Shown piece after piece: positions 46,508 through 55,501 of a stretch of 64,000 nucleotides of DNA; the stretch's first letter is position 1, and each line of letters starts with the position of its first letter. Under the pieces are notes generated by a model. The model worked only from the letters and a program-made list of their open reading frames with translations. It searched no databases and was not told where the DNA came from. The position numbers were made by a program, and so were the translations under genes. The DNA comes from an uncultured Planctomycetota bacterium. GTDB lineage: Bacteria > Planctomycetota > PLA2 > JAEUHO01. Location: assembly GCA_963752285.1 (NCBI GenBank), contig CAVVXN010000003.1, positions 256,001-320,000 of the forward strand, read 5' to 3'.

Positions 46508-47338
46508 CTACAGGCCGGAGAACGTGCGCCGGAGGAACCCGATCGCGTCCGCCGCCGTCGCGGGCGCCGTGGCCGAGTGACGGCTCAGCTCGACCTCCAA
46601 CGGGCCCGAGAATCCCGTCTCCGCGACCGCCGCCGCCACCCGGCGAAAGTCGATCTCGCCGTCGCCGAACGCCCGGTGGTCGTGCACGCCGCGAACGTGG
46701 TCGTCCAGCTGGATCACGAGGAGGTCGGCGGCGTGGGCGCGCACGAGGTCGGCGGGATCGCCTTCGTCCATCGCGAGGACGTGGCCGACGTCGAGCGTCA
46801 GCCCGAGCGCCTCGTGTCCCACGGCGTCGCGGATCGGGGGCCACCCGTCCGTCCGCTCGACCGCCATGCCGGGCTCGGGCTCGAACCCCACGCGCACGCC
46901 GCGGCGTGCGGCGTGTTCCGAGAGCCGACGAAGGCCCTCCACGAGTCGGCGACGGGCTTCCGCGGGGTCGAGGCCTGCAGGTCCCGAGCCCGACCACACC
47001 GTGACGACCGGCGCGCCGAGGTCGTGGGCGAGGTCCGCGCATCGGAAGAGCAGTTCGAGACGTCGCGCCGCCTCGTGGGGCGGGTCGAGCAGCGAGGGCC
47101 GGTGCTTCCTCCGTGGATCGAGCACGAAGCGCGCGCCCGTCTCCACCACGATCTGTAGACCGCGCGCCTCGAGGAGGCGCCGGAAGCTCCGCACGTCGTC
47201 GCGCGAGGCGCGGAGCGGGTCGAGGTGGTGCACGTCGGGCGTCCACGCGACGCCGTCGTACCCGAGCTCGGCGAGGATGGTGACCGCGTCGTCGAGGCGG
47301 TGGAACGCGAAGCCGTTCGTGTTGTAGAAGAAGCCCAG
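46508..47338 (-). CDS. Sugar phosphate isomerase/epimerase (xylose-isomerase-like TIM barrel)
   Basis: 'YNTNGFAFHRLDDAVTILAELGYDGV' lies in frame upstream of the tracked ORF; 'VETGARFVLDP', 'FEPEPGM', 'LDVGH', 'HDHRAFGDGEIDF', 'VELSRH'. Start inferred at CTG 47338. Confidence 0.85.
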   Translation of the reverse strand: MGFFYNTNGFAFHRLDDAVTILAELGYDGVAWTPDVHHLDPLRASRDDVRSFRRLLEARGLQIVVETGARFVLDPRRKHRPSLLDPPHEAARRLELLFRCADLAHDLGAPVVTVWSGSGPAGLDPAEARRRLVEGLRRLSEHAARRGVRVGFEPEPGMAVERTDGWPPIRDAVGHEALGLTLDVGHVLAMDEGDPADLVRAHAADLLVIQLDDHVRGVHDHRAFGDGEIDFRRVAAAVAETGFSGPLEVELSRHSATAPATAADAIGFLRRTFSGL

Positions 47339-47351
47339 GGCGAGTCCGCGT

Positions 47352-47933
47352 TCAGCGGCGGCGCTGCTTCTGGATGTCGTGGAGCCGCGAGGTCGCGCGC
47401 CGGATCGTCTCGGCGTCCTGCCCGAGGTAGTGGTTCGCGACCTGCTCCTCGTCCCAGTCCTGGTTCGTGGGCATCTCGCCGAGGATGTCGTTGTAGCGGT
47501 CGAGGATCTGGTGGAAGACCTGCGCGGCCTCCTGGAGCTTGTCCTCCCAGACCTGGTCGTTGCCCTTGTCCTTGGCGGCGATCGCCTCGTCGTAGATCGC
47601 CTCGCCCTGCTTCGCGAGGTCCGGAGCCTCTTTCGCGAGCTCGGCCACCTCCGTGCGGATGTTGTCGGGCAGCGGGGGCGGGGGGAGCTTCGGCCGTTCC
47701 TGCGGGACGGTCGTCGTCGGGGGCGTGTTGGCGGCGTGCGGGTGGGCCATCACGTCGTCGGACGGCCGCTCGGTCTTCGTCTTGGACTTCTGGCCCGACA
47801 TCACGACGATCATCACGACCACCACGACGAGGACCACCACGACCGCGACGATCGTCGGACCCGCGCTCGACTTCCTCGGCGGCGCGTACCCCCCGCGCGA
47901 CGACGAACGGGCCGACCGGTAGCGCTGCGCCAT
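47352..47933 (-). CDS. Single-pass membrane protein of unknown function
   Basis: GAGGTGGAG Shine-Dalgarno; basic N-terminus, Val-rich TM, Pro linker, helical C-domain. Confidence 0.75.
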   Translation of the reverse strand: MAQRYRSARSSSRGGYAPPRKSSAGPTIVAVVVVLVVVVVMIVVMSGQKSKTKTERPSDDVMAHPHAANTPPTTTVPQERPKLPPPPLPDNIRTEVAELAKEAPDLAKQGEAIYDEAIAAKDKGNDQVWEDKLQEAAQVFHQILDRYNDILGEMPTNQDWDEEQVANHYLGQDAETIRRATSRLHDIQKQRRR

Positions 47934-48088
47934 GGCTCCACCTCGCAGGGGACTCGGGCTCGCCGGCGCGACGCCGCCTCGTCCGAGGGCCGTGTCCTCG
48001 GCCCGATGCGGGCCCGCGGGGCGGCCGGCCGTTGTAGCACGATCGGCGTGGAGCGGGTGCCGGCGAGGGAGGAGGGTACAAGGGCGCC

Positions 48089-49450
48089 GTGAAGCCCTCG
48101 CCGAGCGCCCGGGACCTGGCCCTGGACGTCCTCCTCGGGGAGGCGCGGGGCCACGGCTTCGTCCGCGACCTCCTCCCCGCCGCGCGCGCCCGGGCCGCCA
48201 GCCCACGCGAGCGTGCGCTCGTGACCGAGCTCGCGTACGGGGTCGTGCGCCGCCGCGCGACGCTGGATCGGATTCTCGCGGCGTCCTCCGCGCGCGGGCT
48301 GGACCGGGTGGACCGCGCGGTGCTCCAGGCGCTTCGCCTCGCGCTCTACCAGGTCGTGTTCCTCGACCGCGTGCCCGCGTACGCGGCCGTGGACCACGCG
48401 GTCGGCTGGGTCCGCCACCGGGTCGGTGCGCGCGCCGCCGGCTTCGTGAACGGCGTGCTCCGCGCGGCGACGCGCGCCGGCACCGGTCTCGCGACGGGCC
48501 CCGAGGACCCTCGGCGCGACGTGCCGCGCGAGGACGGATCGGCCGTCCGGCTCGACGCGCCGCTCTTCCCCGACCCGTCCTTCGACCTCGCCGAGAACCT
48601 CGCGCTCCGCTACGCGTGCCCGCGGTGGCTCGTCGAGCGGTGGCTCGCGCGCCTCGGCCTGCCGCGGACGCGGAGCGTCCTCGGCGCGGGCATCGGGACG
48701 CCGCCGCTGGCGCTTCGTGCCCGGCGCGACCCCGAGAAGCTCCTCCACGCCCTCGTCGCGGAGGGCGTGCCGGCGCGACCGGGTCCCGTGGCGAACGCGG
48801 TGCTCGTCGAAGCGGGCGGCGAGGCGAAGGCGCTTCGCCACGTCGGGAACGGCGAGGCGTGGGTGCAGGACGCGACGGCGCAACGCGTCGCGCCACTTCT
48901 CGACCCGACGCGCGAGGGACGCTGGCTCGACCTCTGCGCGGCGCCCGGAGGAAAGACGCTCCACCTGGCCGACCTGCTGCCGGGCCGCGGAACCATCGTG
49001 GCGTGCGACGTGGACGAGAGGAAGCTCGCGCGACTGGAACGCGTGCGCGCGTACGTGCCCGAGGGCGTGCGGCTCGAGACGCGGATCGTCCCCGCGGACG
49101 GTCCGCTCCCGTTCGACCGGGCGTCGTTCGACGGCGTGCTCGTGGACGCCCCCTGCACGAACACCGGCGTGCTGAGACGCCGCGTCGAGGCGCGCTGGCG
49201 GCTCGCGCCCGAGGACGTCCTCGCGCTCGCGCGCGTCCAGCGCGCCCTGCTCGACCGCGCGTGGCCCCTCGTGAGACCGGGGGGGCGCCTCGTGTACGCC
49301 ACCTGCTCGCTCGAGCCCGAGGAGAACCAGGAGACGGTCGCGAGCCTCACGGAGGCGCAGCCCGACGCGACGCTCCTCCGAAGCCTCGAGGTGCCGCCCG
49401 GCCGCGACCAGGACGGGGGCTTCGCCGCGGTGCTCGTCCGGGGGGGGTAG
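48089..49450 (+). CDS. rsmB: 16S rRNA m5C967 methyltransferase (NusB-like + SAM domain)
   Basis: 'ELAYGVVR', 'LRLALYQ', 'FVNGVLR', 'VQD', 'DLCAAPGGKT', 'DAPCTNTG', 'YATCS'. Confidence 0.88.
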   Translation: MKPSPSARDLALDVLLGEARGHGFVRDLLPAARARAASPRERALVTELAYGVVRRRATLDRILAASSARGLDRVDRAVLQALRLALYQVVFLDRVPAYAAVDHAVGWVRHRVGARAAGFVNGVLRAATRAGTGLATGPEDPRRDVPREDGSAVRLDAPLFPDPSFDLAENLALRYACPRWLVERWLARLGLPRTRSVLGAGIGTPPLALRARRDPEKLLHALVAEGVPARPGPVANAVLVEAGGEAKALRHVGNGEAWVQDATAQRVAPLLDPTREGRWLDLCAAPGGKTLHLADLLPGRGTIVACDVDERKLARLERVRAYVPEGVRLETRIVPADGPLPFDRASFDGVLVDAPCTNTGVLRRRVEARWRLAPEDVLALARVQRALLDRAWPLVRPGGRLVYATCSLEPEENQETVASLTEAQPDATLLRSLEVPPGRDQDGGFAAVLVRGG

Positions 49451-49459
49451 CGCGACCGG

Positions 49460-49780
49460 GGCGGCGACGCCCTCACGAGGGGGCCGCGCTCGTCGTGGCG
49501 CCGGCCCGCCCGCCGTCCCGGTGCGCCCGCGAGACGGCGGGGCACGCGCGCCGGGAGACCCGGTGGACGGGGAGGAGCCCGCGAGCCCGTGCCGCGCGGG
49601 GGGATCTCGTCCCGCGGGGGCTCCCGGCGCCCTCCGAGCCCGCCGGGTGCGCCGCACGTCCGAGAAGGGCGCATCCGAGGAGGTCCTCGCCGCTCCGGCG
49701 GAGGTGCGGGAACCGGCGCCGGCCGTTCCGGGTGAACGGGACGTCGTGTCCGATCCGCCGGACGGCGTCGAGCCCGGGAC
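49460..49780 (+). pseudogene. Possible decayed alpha/beta-hydrolase fragment
   Basis: 'RRRPHEGAALVVAPA' and, in another frame, 'AEVREPAPAVPGERDVV' resemble the post-nucleophile strand and catalytic-acid region. Weak similarity. Confidence 0.3.
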
Positions 49781-49785
49781 GCGCG

Positions 49786-50526
49786 TCAGAGCGCGGTGGT
49801 CGCGCCTCCGTCCACGAGCACGTCCGTGCCCGTCACGTAGGTGTTCGCGGCCGAGAGGAGGAACGCCGCGACGCGGCCCAGCTCCTCGGGCTCGGCGAGG
49901 CGCCCGAGCGCCGTCGCCTGCTTCATCGAGGCCACCACGCTCGGTCCGAGCTCGTGAAGGCGCGCGGTGTCCACGGGGCCGGGGAGGAGGTTGTTCACGA
50001 GGATGCCCGAGGGCCCGAGCTCCTGGGCCAGGCCCTTCGCGAGCGCCGTCAGGCCGGCCCGGAACGTGCTGCTGACGGTGAGCCCCGGGATCCACTGGCG
50101 GGCCGCGCTCGAGGTGACGGTCAGCACGCGCCCGAAGCGCCGCGCGCGCATGTGCGGCGCCGCCAATCGGACCTGGAGCAGCACGCTGCGCACGAGCGCG
50201 CGGTACCCGCGGTCCCAGGCATCGAGCGTCACCTCGTTCGGCGCGCCCGGCGCGGGGCCGCCCACGTTGTTCACGAGCGCGTCCACGCCTCCGACCCGGC
50301 CCCAGAGCGCCCGGACGGACGCCTCGTCGAGCAGGTCCACGGTCTCCCCGCGCACGCGGGGCGAGGTCGTCGAGAGGCGCGCCACGGCCGACGCCACGCG
50401 GTCCGGGTCCCGGCTCGCGACGATCACGGTCGCCCCCTCTCGGGCCAGACACGAGGCGATGCCGAGCCCGATCCCCGAGCTCCCGCCCGTGACGAGGGCC
50501 GTCCTGCCTTCGAGTCCGAGGTCCAT
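49786..50526 (-). CDS. SDR family oxidoreductase
   Basis: 'ALVTGGSSGIG', 'LVNNVGGP', 'VNNLLPG', 'YVTG...VDGG'. Confidence 0.92.
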   Translation of the reverse strand: MDLGLEGRTALVTGGSSGIGLGIASCLAREGATVIVASRDPDRVASAVARLSTTSPRVRGETVDLLDEASVRALWGRVGGVDALVNNVGGPAPGAPNEVTLDAWDRGYRALVRSVLLQVRLAAPHMRARRFGRVLTVTSSAARQWIPGLTVSSTFRAGLTALAKGLAQELGPSGILVNNLLPGPVDTARLHELGPSVVASMKQATALGRLAEPEELGRVAAFLLSAANTYVTGTDVLVDGGATTAL

Positions 50527-50615
50527 GGCAGCCTCCCGCGCGTTCGCCGGCCCGCCTTCGAGACGCCGGTCTCCCGAATCCCGTCCCCGCCTGCCCCGCC
50601 GCGCACGATACGCCG

Positions 50616-52040
50616 GTGAGGACGCGCCGCGCGATCGTCGTCGGCTCCGGGCCGAACGGCCTCGCGGCCGCCGTCACCCTGGCCCGCGCCGGGGTCCGGG
50701 TCACCGTGTACGAGGCCCAGCCGACGATCGGCGGCGGCGTCCGCACGATGGAGCTGACGCGCCCCGGGTTTTGGCACGACGTCTGTTCCGCGATCCACCC
50801 GCTGGCCCTCGCGTCGCCCTTCTTCGCCGGTCTCGACCTCGCGCGCCGCGGCGTCGAGTGGGTCCAGCCCGAGGTGCCCCTCGCCCATCCGCTCGACGAC
50901 GGCGAGGCCGCGACGCTCCTCCGTTCCGTGGACGAGACCGCGGCGGGACTCCCGCCCGACGAGGACGCGTACCGGCGCCTCCTCGCCCCGCTCGTCCTAC
51001 GATCGGAGCGGCTCTTCGACGACCTGCTCCGGCCGCCGCTCCACGTGCCGCGGCACCCGGCCACGCTGCTCCGCTTCGCGCTTCGCGCGGGCGCCTCCGC
51101 GCGGACGATCGCCGACCGCGCGTTTCGCGGCGAGGCCGCCCGGGCCCTCCTCGCCGGGCTCGCCGCGCACGCGGTCCGGCCGCTCGACGACCTGCCGACC
51201 GGCGCGTTCGGCCTGATGCTGGCCGTCCTCGGTCACGCCGTGGGCTGGCCCTTCCCGCGCGGGGGCGCCGACCGGATCGCGCGCGCCCTCGTGGCGATCG
51301 TCGGCGAGCACGGCGGCGAGGTGGTCCTGAACGCGCCCGTCCGCGCGGTGACCGACCTCCCGCCCGCCGACGCGGTCCTGCTCGACCTCTCGCCGCGGGG
51401 CGTCGTGCGCGTCGCCGGCGACCTGCTCCCGCGGCGATACCGCGACCGTCTGCTCGCGTTCCGCCACGGTCCCGCCGCGTACAAGGTCGACTGGGCGCTC
51501 GGGGAACCGATCCCGTGGCGCGCGCCCGCGTGCCGGCGGGCCGGAACCGTCCACGTGGGCGGCACGTTCGAGGAGATCGCGCGGGCCGAGTCGGAGGTGG
51601 CGCGGGGGCGGCACCCCGAACGCCCGTTCGTCCTCGTCGCGCAGCACACGGTGTTCGACCCGAGCCGCGCGCCCGCCGGCCGTCACACGGGATGGGCGTA
51701 CTGCCACGTGCCGGCCGGGTCCACCTTCGACATGACCGCGCGCCTCGAGGCGCAGGTCGAGCGATTCGCGCCGGGCTTTCGCGACACGATCCTCGAGCGG
51801 AGCGTGCTCGGGCCCGCGGCGCTCGAGCGTCACGACGCGAACCACGTCGGCGGCGACGTCACCGGCGGCGCGGCGTCGCTTCGGCAGGTCCTCGCGCGGC
51901 CGGTCGCGAGCCCCGACCCCTACCGCACCCCGCGCCGGGGGCTCTATCTCTGCTCGAGCTCGACGCCGCCGGGCGCGGGCGTCCACGGCATGTGCGGGTA
52001 CCTCGCCGCGCGTTCCGCGCTCCGCAGGCTGGGGCGGTGA
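50616..52040 (+). CDS. Phytoene desaturase family NAD(P)/FAD-dependent oxidoreductase
   Basis: 'VVGSGPNGLAAA', 'HDVCSAIHP', 'WAYCHVP', 'LCSSSTPPGAGVHGMCGY'. Confidence 0.9.
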   Translation: MRTRRAIVVGSGPNGLAAAVTLARAGVRVTVYEAQPTIGGGVRTMELTRPGFWHDVCSAIHPLALASPFFAGLDLARRGVEWVQPEVPLAHPLDDGEAATLLRSVDETAAGLPPDEDAYRRLLAPLVLRSERLFDDLLRPPLHVPRHPATLLRFALRAGASARTIADRAFRGEAARALLAGLAAHAVRPLDDLPTGAFGLMLAVLGHAVGWPFPRGGADRIARALVAIVGEHGGEVVLNAPVRAVTDLPPADAVLLDLSPRGVVRVAGDLLPRRYRDRLLAFRHGPAAYKVDWALGEPIPWRAPACRRAGTVHVGGTFEEIARAESEVARGRHPERPFVLVAQHTVFDPSRAPAGRHTGWAYCHVPAGSTFDMTARLEAQVERFAPGFRDTILERSVLGPAALERHDANHVGGDVTGGAASLRQVLARPVASPDPYRTPRRGLYLCSSSTPPGAGVHGMCGYLAARSALRRLGR

Positions 52041-52133
52041 CGCGGCCGCCGCCGTCGAGCGGCCTCCTGCCGTGTCGTCCCGGGTCGGCGCCCCGGTCGT
52101 CGGCCGGATACGACGCCGCGGCGCGGCGTCCGG

Positions 52134-53654
52134 TCAGCGCACGACCTCCACGTCCCCGCCGTTCTCGCGCGCGAGCCGGGTCATGAACTCGATCGCCCTC
52201 TTCTCGTCTTCCGTGCCGGCGTACGCGGTGGGCGGATCGCCGATCACGAGGGCGACGGAGAGGATTCGGACGCGCCGGTAGCGGTTGTCCGCGCGGATCG
52301 TGGCGAGGATCCGGTAGGGGTCCACGATCGGGCCCGTGCTCGGCGTGCCGTCCGAGAGGAAGTAGACCGTGTCCGCGTCCGGATCGGCGAGCGCGAGGCG
52401 CAAGGCGTCGTACACGTCCGTGCCGGCCTGCGGGCGGAGTCGCTCCACGAAGGTCTTCGCGCGTGCGATCGTCCCCTTCGTGGCGGGCGTGATCTTCTTC
52501 TGCCACGCGGAGACGCCGTCGCTGTACACGACCACGTTGAACGACGTGGTCTCGGGCAGGCTCCCGATCACCTTGATCAGCTCCGCCTTGGCGCGGTCGA
52601 GCCTCCCGTTCCAGCCCATGCTCCGGCTCGTGTCGATCACGAACACGACGCGGCTCGAGTGGATGCGGAACCCGTAGTACGGGATGCCGGGGACCGTCCG
52701 CTCGCCGGGCGGCATCTCTCGCCGGTGGAACGGCGAGAGCTTGACCGTGCTCCACCAGTCGGCCCACGCCGCGGCGTCGTAGCCGAACCGCTCGCCGGTG
52801 ATCTTCTCGATCGCCGCCTCGATCGCGTCGGCCGTGCGGAGGTCCGAAGGGTACGTCGTACGGAGCCGTGCGATCAGCGCCTCGATGCAGCCGGGGTCGT
52901 CGATGGCCGCGAGCGCGTTCGCCGCCGACTCCACCACGCGCGGCGCCTCGTCGTCGAGCGCGTGGCAGAGGAACGGGACGGCGGCGGGGTCCTTCAGCAG
53001 ACCGAGCGTCTCCGCCGCGACCAGGCGCACGCGCGCGTCGCCGTCCTTCAGGAACACGGCCACGGGCAAGACGGCCCTCGCGTCGTGGAGCCGCCCGACG
53101 GCGTGGAGCGCCTCCGTGCGGATCTCCGGGTCGCCCTCGGCGGCGAGCCGGAGCAGCACGGGCAGCGCCGGCGCGTCGGCGAGGAGCCCGAGCGCGCGGA
53201 CGATCTGGGCGCGCACCGGCGGGGTCGAGCGGGCGAGGGCGTCGCCCCGGAGGTACGTCCGCGCCGTGGGGCTCTCCGTGGCCCCGAGCGCGTCCCCGAG
53301 CTGCTGCATCACGAGCGGGTCGCGCTGCTTCTCGACCCAGCGGATCGCGTCGTCCACGTCCTTCGGGCCCGCGTGGCGGAGCAGCGCGGAGAGGATCATC
53401 CCCGCCCGCCGCCAGTCGTCCGCCGCCCACCGGTCGCGGAGTCGCTCGAGCGTCTTCCGGGCCTGGGGTGTCGAGACGTCCGCGATCTGCCGGAGGAGCT
53501 CGGCCTGTCGGGCGACCCCGCGCTCGTCCGAACGCTTGGCCACGACCCCGAACTCCTGCTCGAGCAGGTCGAGGTCCTCGGCCGCCCGCGCGCCCCCGGC
53601 GAGCGCGAGCGCGACCGCCAGGCCGACGATCCCGAACCGGTGGCGTGTCGTCAT
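52134..53654 (-). CDS. Exported HEAT-repeat + VWA domain protein
   Basis: Signal peptide ending 'GARA'; HEAT-like repeats ('VRAQIVRALG', 'IRTEALHAVG', 'VRLVAAETLG'); MIDAS 'DTSRS', 'GTDVY', 'FLSDG'; ATGA coupling to the upstream gene. Confidence 0.85.
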   Translation of the reverse strand: MTTRHRFGIVGLAVALALAGGARAAEDLDLLEQEFGVVAKRSDERGVARQAELLRQIADVSTPQARKTLERLRDRWAADDWRRAGMILSALLRHAGPKDVDDAIRWVEKQRDPLVMQQLGDALGATESPTARTYLRGDALARSTPPVRAQIVRALGLLADAPALPVLLRLAAEGDPEIRTEALHAVGRLHDARAVLPVAVFLKDGDARVRLVAAETLGLLKDPAAVPFLCHALDDEAPRVVESAANALAAIDDPGCIEALIARLRTTYPSDLRTADAIEAAIEKITGERFGYDAAAWADWWSTVKLSPFHRREMPPGERTVPGIPYYGFRIHSSRVVFVIDTSRSMGWNGRLDRAKAELIKVIGSLPETTSFNVVVYSDGVSAWQKKITPATKGTIARAKTFVERLRPQAGTDVYDALRLALADPDADTVYFLSDGTPSTGPIVDPYRILATIRADNRYRRVRILSVALVIGDPPTAYAGTEDEKRAIEFMTRLARENGGDVEVVR

Positions 53655-55405
53655 CGACCGCCTCCGCCGGTCGTGGCGTGCCACGCCTCGGGCGCGAGCA
53701 CGGTCGCCTCGATCAGCTCGTCGCACACCTCGAGGCGGTCGATCACGTCGAGGCCGGAGAGCACCTGACCGAAGCACGTGAAGTCCTGGTCGTCGAGCTC
53801 CGGGCGCGCGCCCACGAGGACGAAGAACTGGCAGCCGTTCACGAGCGCCGCCTGGCGCGCGAAGCCGAGCGCGCCCCGCCAGAACCCGTGGCGCTCGTTC
53901 CGCTCGACCGGGGCCGTCAGGGGGCCGGCGCTCCGGCCTGCCGCGCTGCAGTCCTCGCGGCTCACGGGATCGCCTCCCTGCACGAGGTACTCGCTCTCCA
54001 CCCGGTGGAACCGGGTCCCGTCGTAGAAGCCGCGGTCGCCCTCCCGTTGGCGGACCAGGTCCAAGAAGAGTCCGGCTCCTTTCGGAACGTCGTCCGTGAA
54101 GACCTGCACGAGGACGTCGCCGCGCGTCGTGCGGAGCCGGACGACGGGGAGGTCCGCGCGCCGCGCGTCCTCGGCGCGCCGGGCCGCCTCCACCGCCCAG
54201 GCCTTCGCACGTTCCTCGGCGCGCGTCGCCATGGTCGCGTACTGGGGCCCGAGGTCGCCCGGCGCGAGCGCCGCCAGCCGCGACCACGCGTGGGCGGCCT
54301 CCTCGAAGCGTCCGTCCATGTCGAGCGTCCGGGCCCGCTCGTAGACGAGACGGAACGACCCGTTCCACGCGGGGTCCACGGAGAGGGCATCGAGCTCGGC
54401 GAGGGCGGCGGCGCGCCGGTTGAGGAAGCGGTCGGCCTCTGCGAGGGCGAGGACGTCGGTCGGCGTGAGCGGCTCCCGCTCCGCGATCCAGCGGAAGTTC
54501 TCCGCGACCGCCGCGTCCACCTCCTCGTCCTTCTTCTCGACCCGCCCCGACTCCGTGATCGCCATCGCCTCGGCGTGCGCGGCCGAGCCGCGGCGGGCGA
54601 TCTCCGCGTCCTCGTTCGCCAGCGCCTCCCAGGTGGGCGTGGCGAGGCCCTCGGGCCCGCCGGCTTCCTCCCCGCGGGCGTCCTTCCAGCCCGAGAGGCG
54701 GGCCCAGGCCCCGTCCCCCGCGAGGCCCGGCGGCGGGCGGCCCGCGGGACCGGAGAGGTCGAGTCCCTCGGGCCACGTCGCGCGGCCGCGCTCCCGCCCC
54801 TGCATCCAGACCAACGCGAAGCGCAGGTCGGGCTTCCGCTCGGCGTCCACGCCGAGGGCCGCGAGCCGGACCGCGACCTCGACGCCGCTCGCGACCGCGT
54901 CGGGCGTGGACCGCGCGACCGCGACGCCCGAGAGGGCGCGTTCGCCGCCGGACTCGGTCGCGAGCGCCAGGAGGTGCGGGCGGTTGTGCTCCCGGGGCTC
55001 GTAGTCGAGCCGGAGCGCGCCGTCCTCGTAGAGCCCGTGCCCGGCCGACCCATCGCTTCGGAACACGAGCCAGAGGCTCGCGCCGCGAGCCCAGGGGCCG
55101 GGCCCCGTCACGCCGAGGAACAGCGTCCCCTCTTCCTCGGCCAGCCGGAGGGTGGCCCGGCCGCCGTCGAAGGTCCGGACCGCCGCCCCGGACCACTCCG
55201 CGGGGGCGAGCTTCCCGTCCACCCGGATCGGGCCGCCGGTGACGACGGGCACCGCGACGTCGCGGGCCTCGTCCGCGGCGGCCGCGTCCGCCCCTCGCTC
55301 CGTTCCGCGCGGTCCCGGGCCGAGGACCACGAAGGCGAGCACCACCAGCCCGAGGGTTCGGACCGCGCGGCGTCGCCGCGGCCGGCGGACGAGGGGAGGC
55401 GCCAT
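53651..55405 (-). CDS. Exported multidomain cyclophilin-type peptidyl-prolyl isomerase (CBM9/DOMON-like + TPR-like + cyclophilin)
   Basis: N-terminal hydrophobic segment; 'IRVDGKL..AEW'; 'FYDGTRFHRV...VQGGDP', 'GALGFAR', 'GCQFF', 'FGQVLSGLDV'. Confidence 0.8.
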   Translation of the reverse strand: MAPPLVRRPRRRRAVRTLGLVVLAFVVLGPGPRGTERGADAAAADEARDVAVPVVTGGPIRVDGKLAPAEWSGAAVRTFDGGRATLRLAEEEGTLFLGVTGPGPWARGASLWLVFRSDGSAGHGLYEDGALRLDYEPREHNRPHLLALATESGGERALSGVAVARSTPDAVASGVEVAVRLAALGVDAERKPDLRFALVWMQGRERGRATWPEGLDLSGPAGRPPPGLAGDGAWARLSGWKDARGEEAGGPEGLATPTWEALANEDAEIARRGSAAHAEAMAITESGRVEKKDEEVDAAVAENFRWIAEREPLTPTDVLALAEADRFLNRRAAALAELDALSVDPAWNGSFRLVYERARTLDMDGRFEEAAHAWSRLAALAPGDLGPQYATMATRAEERAKAWAVEAARRAEDARRADLPVVRLRTTRGDVLVQVFTDDVPKGAGLFLDLVRQREGDRGFYDGTRFHRVESEYLVQGGDPVSREDCSAAGRSAGPLTAPVERNERHGFWRGALGFARQAALVNGCQFFVLVGARPELDDQDFTCFGQVLSGLDVIDRLEVCDELIEATVLAPEAWHATTGGGGR

Positions 55406-55501
55406 GCCGGCCATCCTACGCCCGCCGATCGCTCGCCCGCCCGGCCGGCACCCGGGCCGGGGGTGGGGCGGACGCCCGGACCGTCCCTATGCTGGCGCCC
55501 G

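Noticed and set aside
50616..52040. Carotenoid biosynthesis (crtI)
   Set aside because: It belongs to the broad 'GSGPNGL' oxidoreductase subfamily and no crtB/crtE genes are adjacent.
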